A program made the position numbers and the translations under genes. The notes under the pieces were generated by a model that had not been told where the DNA came from, did not search any database, and saw only the letters and a list, made by a program, of their open reading frames with translations. Source: the human T2T-CHM13v2.0 reference genome, Homo sapiens. Taken from it: 64,000 nt of DNA. Where the stretch lies: positions 30,560,001 through 30,624,000 of the forward strand of contig CP068257.2 of assembly GCA_009914755.4 (NCBI GenBank). Direction: 5' to 3'. Of the stretch, positions 44,575-59,594 are shown in pieces (the stretch's first letter is position 1; every line of letters starts with the position of its first letter).

Positions 44575-45765
44575 AGTAAGCTGTAATGCAAATCTTATTC
44601 TGTAATTTTCATAACTTTCCTCAGTAAACATTTTACCAGAGCTCTTGAGACAGAGGAGCACCTATTTCATTCTTTCCTCTCCTCTCCTCCCAGCATGGGT
44701 CTCCACAGAGATGACCCATGCCCATGGCAGATATAGCTAATTGATCACAACACTCATTCCCTGAGCATGAATGCAGAGGAGTAGATGCTGTTGGTATTGC
44801 TCCCAGGTCCCTTTTATCACTAAGGGCACCCATTTCCTGGCTGCTATGAATGCCAATACTGGATACTCACAGCTGCCCCCACCTCCACAGAATTGTCTTC
44901 AGCGGAATTGGAGGATCTTCACCTGAGGCGGCCAGCAACCAATAACTGACTAATAAAGTCCAGCCCTCTTGCCTCGAAGTGGGTACAACTCTGAGGTGTG
45001 ATTTATGCTCTACAGGCCTGCATGGGATTAAGCTGAAATTGGGCTGCAGCTGAGACCACATCCCTACATAGCTCCTTCCCCTGCCCTATCTGGTTGCCCT
45101 CACTCCCTTCCTCCAAAGAGCCCCTTTCAATAAACCCAGTGCATCTGAATCCTTGCCTGAGGTTCTGCTTCAGGGAACCCAACACAGTGACTCTGGCAGC
45201 CACTACCACCAATACATAAGTGTTGACACATGAGGTGAAACCTATTTGACATCTCTACTAGGAAAAATACGAACAAATGGGAGAAATTGTGCCAGCAAAA
45301 AAGGAAACATCAACAAAGAAGCTAGAAGCCTATTTAACCACTGGCCCCTGCAAAGGCCAAGGCGAGTGTATAGCCTGCACGTTCTCTGTGGAGACACCGC
45401 GTTCAGGCACGGTTTGAGACCTGCCCACCATCATCCATCATTGGACTGCCTGTCCTCAACCCACCATGGAGAACAAGCTTTTCTAAGGGAAGGACATCTG
45501 CAGGATAAAATGGGAAAAGAGGAAGGTAAAGAGGGACAGCTCTTACTTCCAGGAGCTGTCCTGTCTGATCTCGGAAGGCATTTCTCCTTCCCTTTGAAGA
45601 GTGTCCTGGAGAAGAAGCAGGCTCACTGTCTCAAGAGCCCCCCTGCAAGTGGCATCAGAGAACTCTCACGCAGTTGGGCATTTTTATTACTAAATATAAC
45701 CTGGCCTTTTTTTCTCTGCTATTGTTTAATGCCAACTGTGTTTTATTTAAAATAAAAAAAGAGTG

Positions 45766-46155
<390 letters not shown>

Positions 46156-49100
46156 CTATTTATCTATTTCTGTCTTATGTAGAAGTCCAGGCTAGTATGG
46201 CAGCTCAATGGCATAGCTCTTGAGAGGGTACAGATTCCTCCTCATGTTGCTTTGCCATCTCCAGAGCATCACTCTTGTCTGGTGAGTCCAGCGTGGTTCA
46301 TCATTGCATCTGGACTTCAGCCAGCAGCAAGTGGGAACAGGTAAAGGGGTGGATATGCCCCTTCCTTTTAAGGGCATGACCTGGATCACACATCATCTTA
46401 AGGCTATATTTCCATTCACCAAAAAGTTAAATACACAGCCACATCTACCTGCAAGGGAGGCTGGCAGATGGAGGGTTTAACTTGGGAGCCATGAGTCCAG
46501 CTACCAATGGACTGTTCTATTGCTATGAGTGAAAAGAGAATGGATATGGGGGTACAGTTTGCAGGGCAATGAGATATCAGGAATGCAGGCAAGGGTTTGA
46601 GAGCAGTGATACCTTCTTAGGGAAACTGGGCTGACTTGAGGGTCTCAGACACCCCAATTCATTGCCTCCATTGGATTGTATTACTGTTCCCCCAAATTCT
46701 ACTTTCCTCTCATGGTGCAACACCCCCCACCCCCGCCCTGTAAAAATCAACTTGCTTCAGCCAATGAGATGTGGGCAGAAGTGACGTGTGTTGCTTTCAG
46801 AAGAAAGCTATAAAGGCCAGGCCATGATTCATGGTCTCTTTCTTCTCTTTGCCACAAAACCAGCAATGTTCCAGACAGGCTGTTCCATCAGCCTTGGAAC
46901 TGCAGATGATGTGGGCAGAACCAAGCCTGCCTGAGAGGGTCATGCAGCATGAGAGAGAAACAAACCTTGATGCTGCTGCAAGCCCCTGAGGTTGCCAGGT
47001 TGCTGATGTGTTAGCACAGCATAACTCAGCCTGGCCTGCCAGGTACAGTCCCATGTCCGCCTGCCAGTGAATCCACAGTGGAGTCCATGTCCAAAAAGTA
47101 CAGCCAATTGCCATAGCTTAATAGTACTAATGGCTGCCTTTCACTGAACACTTACAATGGGCTAAGCCTTAATAATTTTAGTAACATTAAAGAAATCATT
47201 TAAGCTTCATTTGGAGTTGATAAGCAAATTACAGATAGTTCCTAATGCTTTCATTTCATAATTGATCACTGAAATGCACATGGGTAACTGGTATTTGAAA
47301 CAACTCTAATGAGTCCTTTTATAAAATAAGAGTCTTTGAGGACGAAGCCCTGCCCCTAAATATATCTTATGAGTTTAGCATTTTACAAATTGCAAAATTG
47401 TAGAATTATATTCCTGATGATTAGGAAAAATGATCATTTTAATTATTTTATTGTTAACATACTATTAGATGGACAGCTAGGATACTCTGACTGTGAGTAG
47501 GGGAGGAACCAACCAGAAGTAGCTAAAAGGCTAAGGATAGTCTTAACAGACCCAATCAGAAGTACAGAGGCAGGGAAGCTTCAGGCTTGGTTCAGTGGCT
47601 CTATGGTGTCATTAAGGACCCAGATGCTCTCCATCTTTCTGCCCTGTAATCCCTGTGTCAGTAATGCCTCCCCTTATGGTTACAAGGAGGCTGCCATAGC
47701 CCCAAGTACCATATCTATATAATATGTCAACATCTGGCAAAAGGAGAGGGGAGAATGGCAGTGTCTCCACACTCATCTCTTCTTCTAAGGCAGAAAAGCC
47801 ATTTTCTAAAGCCCCATCATAGATTTCACCCAACCCCTGTGTCACATGAACACTTTGCCCATGCCTAGCCGCAAGCAAGACAAAGAAGGCAAATTTCTTG
47901 TAAGAATCCACATGGCTAAATTAGTTAGGATAGGATAGGTTGTGCTGCAGTGACAATAACCCCCCAAATCTCAGTGACTTTATACAACTTAGGTTTGTTC
48001 CACATATTCATACTACAAGTCCAAGAAGTCTCTCAGGGATCCAGGATACACCATTTTTAATGTGAGGCCTCCCCATTTCCTACAGCAGGGGATGAGACAG
48101 CTACAGGGTCATACACCAGCTTTTCTTTACTTCAGTCTGGAAATAATTTATGTTCCTTCTACCCACTTTAATCATAACTTGCTCCATGACCCCACCCTGC
48201 TGTAAGTGCTAGACGATGCACAGGGACAGATGAAATTCTGTCTCTGCTATGCTGGCTTTTCCCCACTATCACCATTCCCTCTCTGTTATCCCTTTGCCCC
48301 TTCCTCAATCAACCCCCAATACCATCACCTCTATGCCCTTGTTTGTGTGGTCCATGTCACTCCTCCCTTCCTCAGAACTCTGTGGGTCCCAAGCCCTTCT
48401 TGTATCTTTGTGACTGTACCACTCTAGTGACTTCTGTAAGTCAAAAGCATTCTTTCCTCTGCCTGTTGCTGCTGTCAAGAAGAGGGAGGGGTGATTTTGG
48501 GGAACCATGAATAGAGGAAAAAGGACATCAGAAATTCCTGTTCCAATGTACAATTCGACGTTTGTCAAAGTGTCTAAATAATCATTCCAACCTCACAGTG
48601 TGAGGATTTGTTTCTTGGGGGAAAAAAAAATACCTCTTTTAGTTTTACATAAGAGATACGGATTCCACCTAACATAACATTGTCTTTAGAATTTCAATTG
48701 TGTAAGAAAAAAATTATATATGTGTACTGGGAAAAAATCTTAGCAAAATATTAACAGCATTTACACCTGTGCAATGGGATTATGAGTAACTTATTTTCTT
48801 CTTAACATACAAATGCCATGCTTCAATAGTGGGGGAAGAACTATTTTAAAGAAGTTAAGCTTTTTCATCCCCAAGGTATCACTTCTCTACACTTGCTTTC
48901 CGTCCGACCTTGAGAAGTTAATTCCCAGCACAAATACCAAGTATTATTATTATTAGGGGTTAGTTTTCTGGTGGGGAGGCAGGAGCTAGGGACAAGGGGA
49001 AGGATATTTTACCTGAACTTAAAGTGGAAAGCATTTATGCAATTTTTCATTCCCAGGAGCAATCTTCCAGCTGGACTAAAAATTCCTCGGAACCTAGCTG

Positions 49101-49884
49101 ATACTGATAAGGTTTGACAGAAAATAAAATCCCAATCATTTTCACCCAGAAATGTTGAGCAGAAAACTGAAGTGAGAAAAGAATTTCTATCACCAAAAGC
49201 TTTCTTGTGCTGCTCTTTGTTATTTATAAGATTCTCACCATGAAAGGTTCCCCACGAAGGTGCCATCGCAACCAGGTATGTGCGAGCCGCCTCGGAAGAA
49301 AAATGGATTCTTTGACTGACTGTGAGCCATAGGAGGCTTTTATAATATTCTGACCACAGAAGAGCCACGAGAAAGAAAACAGAACGGGAAAAGGGCTCAG
49401 CATGAGTTCCACCCTTAGGTTTGGTATTTTCTGTTGCTGCTTTTAAACAAAGGAAGCTCAAACTCTATTTAGCCCTCTGAGGAAGAAAAGTGCTACGGGA
49501 TTGGCACATTAATTACATGCCAAGGACATTTTCCTAAGGAGAAAATCTTTGGTGGTTTCAAAGAAAAATACACTGCTGTTGACTGAAAGGGGCTGCTGGG
49601 TTATTCCTGATCACCTTTCCTGAACCACAGACATCTTTTTCTTCTGGGTACTATTGAAACAAAAGAAGTTATAAATAAATAAGTAGGCATCCTTAAAGCA
49701 GAATTCCATTTGAGTTGTTGGGAATTACGTACAAATACGCAGTCCAGGTCTGTGGGGGACACAATGATGTCAATGTCACAGTGCTGCGAACGTTGCATCG
49801 CATTGCTGCAATGTTGGTTCTGGAGACAGCAGAACCAACATCAACCAATTACATGATGCATGGACTGAACCTCTGTGTCCCTTA

Positions 49885-50214
49885 AATTCATACGTTAAAA
49901 CCTAATCCCCAACATGGTGGTACTGGAATGTCTCTGGACAGGTGATTAGGTCACGAAGGTGAAGCCCTCACGAATGGGATTAGTGTCCTTGTAAGGAGCT
50001 AAAGAGAGGAGAGTTGTCCCTTCCGCCACATGAGTACCCAGCAAGAAGATGCCATCTAGGAACCAAGAGCAGCTGCCACCAGATGCCAAACCTACGGGGC
50101 CTTGTTCTTGGACTTCCCAGCCTCCAGAACTGTGAGAACTAAATTTCTCACAGTTGTTGTTTATAAGCCACCCAGTTGGTGGTATTTTCTTATAGCAGCC
50201 AAAACAAACTAAGA
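49885..50214 (+). mobile_element. Older ERVL-MaLR-type LTR (MLT1-like; exact family uncertain)
   Basis: acgttaaaacctaatccccaacatggtggtactggaatgtctctggacaggtgattaggtcacgaaggtgaagccctcacgaatgggattagtgtccttgtaaggag...gccttgttcttggacttcccagcctccagaactgtgagaactaaatttctcacagttgttgtttataagccacccagttggtggtattttcttatagcagccaaaacaaactaagac. Characteristic ...cttggacttcccagcctccagaactgtgagaaataaat...gtttaagccacccagtct.tggtattttgttatagcagccc.aactaagaca architecture. Confidence 0.7.
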
Positions 50215-51374
50215 CCGTGACCCTGGGCAAAATCAAGGGATACAGCCAGACTTGGTTTCTTCTCCATCTACAGGATGGTGATAATAATAGCACACAAAAA
50301 TGTTGTCACGATTAAATAAGACTTGGATGTACAATATATGTTGCTACACTTACTTGTATTTATACATGAATGCCCTGGTCTTTGTACACAAACATCTGTG
50401 TCTGCAATGGACTGCCACAGACACTGACGCCCAAAAGATGTGGTTTTGGTTTTTTTTAAAGTACCTACTCAAGGAAATTAGTCCAGCCATCCCTTCTCAG
50501 TGAACTCGTACTGCAGAGCGTATTTGCATCCCTCTCCCTTGGATTCATTTATTTGCAGTTTATTTTTCTAGCAGTCACTACAATCCCCATAATACAGGAA
50601 GTCTCATTCATGGCTCATGTCTGGGAGACTTGACAGATGCTGCTTAAATATTTAGAAATTTCTCTTTAAAGAAAGCAGCTGAAACCGAAGCCTGTCAAGC
50701 TGTTAAAATGTGGCCCTATTCCTCAAGTTCACATTTAAATGTTAAGATTATATTTGGCTTTCAGCGTTTCTAGAGAGACCGTAGTGATTTTTATATGTAT
50801 ATTTTTTCAGAGTCAACATAGATGGCACTTACTTTTTCATAACTTTCATATACAATGTCATGACTGAAAACTAAACATGTAACTGACTGTTCACTTTCAG
50901 TTTAAGTAAATCATTTGGTGTGGTTATTACGAAAGTAGAACTTCAAATTCTTTTCCATCCAAAGAAAACACAATTAAAATCCGAGCAACATTCCAGTGGA
51001 GTACTGCTTTATTTGAAGAAGCAAAATGTCTAGCTGACAATAAAAAAAAAAAAAAAAAACTCAAGAAAGCGACAGAGCCAACTGTCAAGGATGTGACACC
51101 AAATGGTAACTTAAGTGTCATCGTTCTTATGATTCTGTCTCAGTGAAGATGGTGTGGCAGGGTGATGGGCTACATCCTATTTCCCTTTCCTTGGAAGGAA
51201 CATGGAGTTCCTGAGAATTTAGGAAGACTTGGAGCCAGCTACCTCGGCCTTGTTGCCTGTCTGCTAGACCAGACTGTCTGAAGCAGAGATGTAAGAAATT
51301 AAACATCAGAGAAGGAACTAGGGCTTCTCAGGCTGGGTTTCTGACATTCTTTCCTCCCCTGGCAGGTGTAATAA

Positions 51375-51854
<480 letters not shown>

Positions 51855-53410
51855 AGAAAGGATTTTTACAGCAGCAAGAAGCAGCCTGAGAGCGATTGAA
51901 TTTTCCAATATAAACCTGAATCCACATCAGGAGGAGGGATGATAAGGCTCCATGGCCTGTCACTTTCCAAAGATGCCTGGATATGGCCATTTCGGAAGGT
52001 GAAAGCCAGTGCCTGTTTCCTCATCATATTCTTCTACTGAGTAAAATAGATAATCTTAGGTATAAATATACGTCATTTTTTTCATGGCATTTAATATAAT
52101 TATTTCATTTTGGTTGGGGAAAAAGGTCATAGCCCATAAGTATATTTTCTTCATCTGAATTAGACTGTACTTAAAAAAAAAAGAAAAAGTTTTTGAGTGC
52201 TGGAGCACAGCAAAAATGTCTCTGCTCCCTGTTTGTAAAATGGTCACTCTGTGATTAAAAGCCTCCTTCTAAATGTGACTTCTTGTCTGTATTCTTGAAT
52301 GTAGACAGTATTTAGCCAGTGAATCATTAGTCATTTTTTTCCCCACAAATATGATTGAGCACCTGCTATGTGGAAGGTCCTGTGCTGGGCTTATCAAAAA
52401 GAATGTCCCTATCCCTGCCCTCCAGAAGCTCCCAGTGTTGTGGGACTCTGATGGATGGACAGGGGTAGTGAAGACTCAGACATGGTGGGGCCATGTCGAA
52501 CTGGTAATGTTTTAAAACACTTCTTTCAGCAAAAGTGTAGCCAGACTCCTAACAAGTGAGTGAACTATTTATCTACCTCCCCAAGACAGTGTGGTACTGG
52601 CAGAACAAAAGAGAGCACCTGGAAACAGACCCACACAGACAGAACCAACTGATTCTTGACAAAGGTGAAAAGCGATTCACTGGAAGAAGGATGGCTTTCC
52701 AACAAACGGTGTGGACTTATTGGACATCCAGAGGCAAAATAAATAAACTTCAGCAGAAACCTCACACCTTATTAAAAAAAATTCAAAATAGATCACAAAC
52801 CTAAATGAAAAACGTTAAACGTTTTAGAAGCAAACACAGGAGAAAATCTTTGTAATCTGGGATTAGGCAAAGAGTTCGTAGATATGACACCAAAAAAGAT
52901 AAAGTTGCTAAATTGGACTTTATCAAAATCAAAAACTTGCTCAGTGAAAAGTTAAGAGAATAAAAAATCAAGCTACAGACTGGGAGATAATATTTTTTAA
53001 ATACCTAAAAAAAGAGTTGGATCTAGAATATAAAAAGAACTACCAAAGTGCAGCAGTAAGAAAATCAGACAACCCAGTTTTTAAAAAATGGTCAAAACAC
53101 TAGAATAGGTGTGTTACCAAATGGTATATATATGTGACAAGCATATGAAAAAGATGTTTATCATAGTCATTAGGCAGATGCAAATGAAAATGATCATGAA
53201 GCACCACTGTACACCTAAAACCTGACAGTAACAAGTGCCGGTGAGGATGCAGAGAAACTGGAACATCTAAACATTTCTTATAAAGTTAAACACAGACTTA
53301 CCATATGACCCAGCAATCCTACTCACAGGGGTTTACCCAAGAGAAATGTGAGCCTGTGTCCACTCAAAAATTTGTATGCAGATACTTATTAGAAGTTTTA
53401 TTCACGACAA

Positions 53411-53650
53411 GGCCAGGCGCGGTGGCTCACACCTGTAATCCCAGCACTTTGGGAGGCCAAGGCAGGCAGATTACCTGAGGTCAGAAGTTCGAGACTAGCC
53501 TGGCTAACATGATGAAACCCTGTCTCTACTAAAAATACAAGAATTAGCCAGTGAGCCGCAATGAACTGCAGTGAGCCGAGATCGTGCCACAGCACTCCAG
53601 CCTGGGCGACACAGCGAGACCCCGACTCAAAAAAATAAAAATAAAAAAGA
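53411..53650 (+). mobile_element. Alu SINE with a roughly 75-bp internal deletion in the right monomer
   Basis: ggccaggcgcggtggctcacacctgtaatcccagcactttgggaggccaaggcaggcagattacctgaggtcagaagttcgagactagcctggctaacatgatgaaaccctgtctctactaaaaatacaagaattagccag|tgagccgcaatgaactgcagtgagccgagatcgtgccacagcactccagcctgggcgacacagcgagaccccgactcaaaaaaataaaaataaaaaag. Confidence 0.88.
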
Positions 53651-54119
53651 AGAAGAAGTCATAACACTATAAAACTGGAAACCACCCAGATGTCCATCAT
53701 CAGTGGGTTAACAAATTGTAATACATCCATACAATGGATAACCAGCAGCAATAAAAAGGTACGACCTAGTGATTCCTGCAATAACATGGATGATCTGAAA
53801 AGCATTCTGCTAAGTGAAGGAAAGTCAGACACAAAAGACTACATACAGTATGATTTCCTTCATATAATATTCTAGAAAAGGAAAAACCATAGCGACAGAA
53901 GAAAGCACAGTGGATTGCGCGGGGCCAGGGCTGGGGAGGAAATTGACTCCAAAAGGGCACACGGGAATTTTTTTTTTTTAGGTGCTGTAAATATGCTACA
54001 TTATAATTGTGAGGTGGTTACATGAGGGTGTATATGTGTCAAACTCATCAAATTGTACATTTCATTTTTTACTAATTTGATCCTTTGTAAAATATGCCAC
54101 AAAAAGCTGACTTTTACTA

Positions 54120-54497
<378 letters not shown>

Positions 54498-55512
54498 TTA
54501 TATAGAAGATATCAAAATATGGTAACTATAAAGCAACCATATTTTAAAAGTATGCTCCTGGTACAGCAATAGACAAATGGATCTCTTGACATAAAATAAA
54601 GTCCAAAAACAGAGCAATGTACATATTCAGTAAACACTTTAGGCAGCAATTTAAATTTGCAGGAAAAAATGGACTGTTCACAATTCAATAAATGGAGTTG
54701 AAATCTGGATTTCATTTGGAAAAAGAATTGTTAGTTCCATAATGCACATCGTTCTCAACAATAAAACCTTAATTGATTAATTGATCATTGACTTACTTGT
54801 GAAGGCTCACGCCATTGATTTCATGATCCTATTTAATGTCTGGAAGACCACCTCCTGGATTATGGTAGGCAGGACCCTACAATAAATTAAAAGAATGCTC
54901 CTGAACACCCAAACTGATGGTGTCACTTCTGCCTTCTAGCGGGCATCAGTCATCGCACTGGGAAGATAAATACCTGAAGTGTTCCCTTCCGCCTACACAG
55001 ATAAAGCAGAGAGAATGGAAACCCTGAAATGTCAACATCCCTGCTCGCTCTTCCAAGATGCCGAAATAGATATGTGATCGTGTGTGAAGCTGAGCCCTTT
55101 AATGTTACTTAGATGTCCAACAGAGGGACGAAGAGTCAAAATTCTCTGCATTATAAGAGGAATTCAGGAGAAGCACCTTCCAGGAGGGAAGGCTCTAGCA
55201 ACACCAGAGGAAGCTGCAGCTGGGAAGGAGGCAGCCAGGGAACAGTTCTTGGTGGCAGGGCCAAAGGACTTCCAAGACAAGGAGGCCAATGGCTAATACT
55301 CAAGGTTAAGCCATCAGTGTCAAGCAGTGTGAGCCCACCCTCTGTCCTTCCAAACCTTCAGTAAAGACCTAACACCTGACTATGCTGGGTGAGTTGTTCT
55401 GGGGTAAGTGGCAGTTTTGTGGGAAAGCTTTTCTTCCTATTCCTGATCTTTCCTTCTATGAGTCAGGACATCCATTCACCTGACACTCAGCCTCCCTCTG
55501 CCCCTGGACACC

Positions 55513-55915
55513 TGTGTTAGGCCATTCTTGCATTGTTATAAAGAAATACCTGAGACTGGGTAATTTGTAAAGAAAAGAGGTTTAATTGGCTCACGGTTCT
55601 GCAGGCTGTACAGGAAACGTGATGCTGGCATCTGCTCGGCTTCTGGAGTGGCCTCAGGAAGCTCAGAATCATGTTAGAAGGCAAAGGGGAAGCAGGCACA
55701 GGCCCAGAGCAGGAGCAAGAGATGGAGGGGTAGGTGCTACACCCTTTTAAACAAGCAGATCTCACAAACGGACTCGCTCTGGTGAGGACAGTATCGAGGG
55801 GATGGTGCCAAACTATTCATGAGAAATCCGCCCCATCATCAAATCACCTCCCGCCAGGCTCTACCTCCAACACTAGGGATTACATTTCAACAAGAGATTT
55901 GGGCAGAGACATGTG
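55513..55915 (-). mobile_element. ERVL-MaLR solo LTR (MST-type), minus orientation
   Basis: tgtgttaggccattcttgcattgttataaagaaatacctgagactgggtaatttgtaaagaaaagaggtttaattggctcacggttctgcaggctgtacaggaaacgtgatgctggcatctgctcggcttctggagtggcctcaggaagctcagaatcatgttagaaggcaaaggggaagcaggcaca...cttttaaacaagcagatctcacaaacgg...tcatgagaaatccgccccatcatcaaatcacctcccgccaggctctacctccaacactagggattacatttcaacaagagatttgggcagagacatgtgtac is the reverse complement of the MST LTR. Confidence 0.85.
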
Positions 55916-57212
55916 TACAAACTCTACCACCACCCCTCATTTGCTGGAAAGAGAAGCTGGGCCAGCAGAGCTCAGCTGCTGCTCCTGCTTGTCTTTCAGA
56001 ACCAGCCAGGTGTAGACCTGGGACTGCACACGCCCTTCGGTACGCCCCTTCTTCCCTGGCCTCTGAGTCTCTGGTTTCTGTTAGGAAACCCACTACTGTG
56101 CCTCCGAGGCACATTCTCCTCTCCTTTTGTCTTGGTTTAGGAGTCTGGCAGGGGGGAGAGGGTATGATTTATGGAGCCCCTCAAATCTCAAGAAGAGGTT
56201 CCATGTGTAAAGGAAAAGCCCCAAGATTCATCCAAGCACCCAGGAAACTGAGGACACAGTGTCCTTGTGGGAACTCCCTGAGAAATTTTCATTCCAGAAC
56301 TCAGAGTTGAGGGCATCTTCCTTCTCTTTATCTTATCCGACTCTTGTCCTAAATCCTTCACTTTGTCACTGGAGTCCTGACAGACCCTTTCCAGCGCCTT
56401 CTCTTTCAGTCACTGGCCTTCAGAATCTCAAGAGCAGCAATCCCAGCTCTGCCAAGCCCCCAGCAGTGTCTGCCAGAGCGGGAGCTGGGGCAGACAAGCT
56501 GATGATGGAGGGAAATGAACAGAAACGGCTTTTCTCTGAGACTTCTCTCCAAAATATGTGCTGCTTTGGCTCTGAAGGGCGGAACTTTATTTTATTTTAT
56601 TGTCAGAAGAAAAAGAGACGAGTTGCTTCTGACCAAAAAAAATTCAGTCAGTCATAGATGATGCCTGGCTCCAACCCAAACGCAGATTATGGGAAACACT
56701 CCATTTTGAGCAAGCATGAAGGCTTTCCCAGCAACTCTCGTCAACACCAATTATTTACCCTTCACTTTGGCGCTCTGTCCTTAACCAAGGCAAGATTTAG
56801 AATCACTGAATCATGGGATCATTGGGCCCACTTGCCTCTACCTACCCACCCCATTTCATCCATGAGAAACTGACCCAAACGATGACATCTCTTACCTACT
56901 TGGTAAGCAGTGGCATGATCTGGACCAGGATCCCAAACTCTGGAGTCTCAAGTCTACACTCATCCCGTGGCTCAGGATTTGTTTCACAGCTCCAGGCATC
57001 ATCTCCCTTGGGGAAAAGGAGTTCCTTAGTGGCAGAGAGCTAGTGCTTTGCAGAGAGAAGAAAAGAGTACCAAAATTTGAAGAGAGCCTGCCATGTTCCT
57101 GTTGCAAGGCTAGTGACATGGCTAGAGTGGACCCCTTTGGGAATGTCTTCCTAACAAGCCTGTCAGTTGGAGGACATTGTTTTGGGCTGAATTGTGGGCC
57201 ACAAAAAATTCA

Positions 57213-57549
57213 TATGTTAAAGTCCTAACCCCTGGATCTCCTGAGGTAACCATATTCGGATGTAGGGTTATGAAAGAGGTAATTAAGTTAAAATGAGGCC
57301 GTTAGGGTAGGCCTTAATCTGACCACAGTCCTCATAAAAAGAGGAGATTAGGACATAGACCCATACATGGAGGAAAAATGTGTGAAGACACAGGGAGAAA
57401 GTGGCCACCCGCAAGCCAAGGAGAGAGGCCTCAGAAGAAACCAACTCTGCCCGCACCTCGATCTTGGACTTCCAAGCTACACGGCTGTGTCTAAACAAAG
57501 CCCAGTTGTTTCAGCCCCTCAATCTGTGGTATCTTGTTGGGGCAGCCCG
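57213..57549 (+). mobile_element. Older ERVL-MaLR-type LTR (MLT1-like), same family as 49885-50214
   Basis: tgttaaagtcctaacccctggatctcctgaggtaaccatattcggatgtagggttatgaaagaggtaattaagttaaaatgaggccgttagggtaggccttaatctgaccacagtcctcataaaaagaggagattaggacatagacccatacatggaggaaaaatgtgtgaagacacagggagaaagtggccacccgcaagccaaggagagaggcctcagaagaaaccaactctgcccgcacctcgatcttggacttccaagctacacggctgtg...gtggtatcttgttggggcagccc. Confidence 0.72.
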
Positions 57550-59260
57550 GAAGATTCATATAGGCACCCAGTCCCCATCCTACTCAGGCTTCCAGGCTGG
57601 GAGCCTGCCCCTCTGGCCAGAGCCAACTGAACCAAACAGACTCTATGTGAAGAGCTGGAACTGAGAGTGGCACAGAGATCGCTGCATGGAAGAGCTTTGT
57701 TAGTGGAGACTTTGGGGTGAAGATACCCCCTCCTTGCTGCTGAGAGCCCCAGAACGGCTCTGGTCTTCTCTGTCCTCCCTGTGGCTCCCAGGCTACACTT
57801 CCTGGTAAAATCCAGGAGAGACCCCAACACCCTTCCAAGAAATTCCCTTTCTTGGTTATGTTTGAAGTGGGTTTTGTTACTTGCAACCCAAAAGACTTTA
57901 GCCGTGACATTGACATGTGTCACCTCATACAGTGTAATTTCTCCCTGAGATATTACTGCCCCATCTTACAGACCAAGGAACTGAGATTCAAGGATATTAA
58001 GCAGCCAGTCCAAGGTCACAAAATGGTAGAACTATAGGGATCTGCACTCAAGCTTCTTCCTCTCTCCACACTGTCCTGGATGCTACACTTCTTCCTTATC
58101 CCCCTGAGCGCTCAGCTAGGAGTCAGACATATGGTAGGTGCTCAATAAAAGCTTGTTAAATGGAATAGAGCCCACAGGCATATGTTCCATCTTTAGACTA
58201 AAACATAGATAAATACGCTGCCTGTTCACACAGTCGGAGCCACAGGTAAACAAAACCAGTGTCGGGAATTCATTCGTCTCGCTACCCTTCTCTATTCAGA
58301 CCTAATGAGGCCAGAGAGCTTAACCCAGGCTTTCAGTGGAACCCTTGCTTCACTCAGTAACACCAAGATAGTCTGGTCTCATTGAATTCACAAATTCCCT
58401 CTAACTCTTCCCATCTGTTCCATGTTTATTTAACCTGCAGACCAGGGCAGCTACTTCCCCAGCGGAACTTCATAGTCTCCAGAAAGAAAGATCTGAACTT
58501 CCTTCCCTCCCCCTTTTGTCTTGTAGCAAAAGGACATAAACCACCCTTTGTTAGGAACAGTAAACTTGCCTTTTTTTCAAGGCTTAGGGCTTTGCAGGAA
58601 GCAAGTAGCTGGGGAGAAAAATGAAGAAAGGGCTCCACTGGCAAGGGCTTTCAGGGTATTTTTCTCTTCTTTATAAAAATGAAATTACTTTTCCCCTGTT
58701 GCTTTGGAAAGGCCCCAAAATAAACCTAAGAGCACTTGCATAGCTGTCATTAAACTTCCCAGGCTGATCGAGACTCTGAGGCTCCCTGGCAGAGAAAGAT
58801 GGTTGATCTGGCCCTGCCATCTTGTATTTCAACGTGGATGCTTCAAGCTCGGGAGGGGGCCCTGGCCTCTTAGTGCAGCATCACAGAGCAATGAGAGAGC
58901 AATGCGTTATTCTCTGACATCTTACAGACTAGAGGAGTGAGTGTGGGGGTGCTTTTCCCCACCATGAAACCCTCCATGCGGGGCCCTCAGTCGAGACATG
59001 CAGCCTGTGCCTCCTTGTCTTCCACCCTCTAACAGGCTGCCCGGGCGGGGAAAGACAGCACAGGTGCAGTGAGCATGCCGCGCAGGCACTCATCCACACT
59101 GTTTGTGTTTCTATTATACATAGCCATAATTAACCATGAAGACTTCTGGGAGGAGCCATGGATTCCAGCCTCAGCAGGGGAAAAAACACACCAAAATTAT
59201 ATTCCAGAATTAGAGCCACTGACGTTTACGTGGCAATTTACAAAGTAATTTTTATGGGGC

Positions 59261-59594
59261 TGTGTTAGTCCATTTTGTGTTGCTATAAAGGAATACTCGA
59301 GGCTGAGTAACACATAAAGAAAAGAGACGTGGCACCGGCATCTGCTTCCGGTCAGAACCTCAGGAAGCTTCCACACATAGGGGAAGGGGAGGAAGGGCGA
59401 GAGGGAGCTCTTTTAAACAACCAGCTCTCCAGTGAACTAATAGAGCTGAAAACTCAGTATCATGGGGAGGGCACCGAGTCATTCATGAGGGATCCGCCCC
59501 CATGGCCTAAACACCTCCCCCAGCCCCCACTTCCAACATCGGGGGTCACATAGCAACATGAGCTTTGCAGGGGACAAACATCCAAAATATATCA
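59261..59594 (-). mobile_element. ERVL-MaLR solo LTR (MST-type) with internal deletion, minus orientation
   Basis: tgtgttagtccattttgtgttgctataaaggaatactcgaggctgagtaacacataaagaaaagag|acgtggcaccggcatctgcttccggtcagaacctcaggaagcttccacacataggggaaggggaggaagg...cttttaaacaaccagctctccagtgaactaatagagctg...tcatgagggatccgcccccatggcctaaacacctcccccagcccccacttccaacatcgggggtcacatagcaacatgagctttgcaggggacaaacatccaaaatatatca. Confidence 0.82.

Noticed and set aside
55513-59594. Two minus-strand MST LTRs as the LTR pair of an intact MaLR provirus
   Set aside because: The flanking 5-bp sequences do not match (acacc vs gggtg). The intervening 3.3 kb contains an unrelated MLT1-like LTR and no recognisable MaLR internal region. 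The two LTRs differ in internal deletions.
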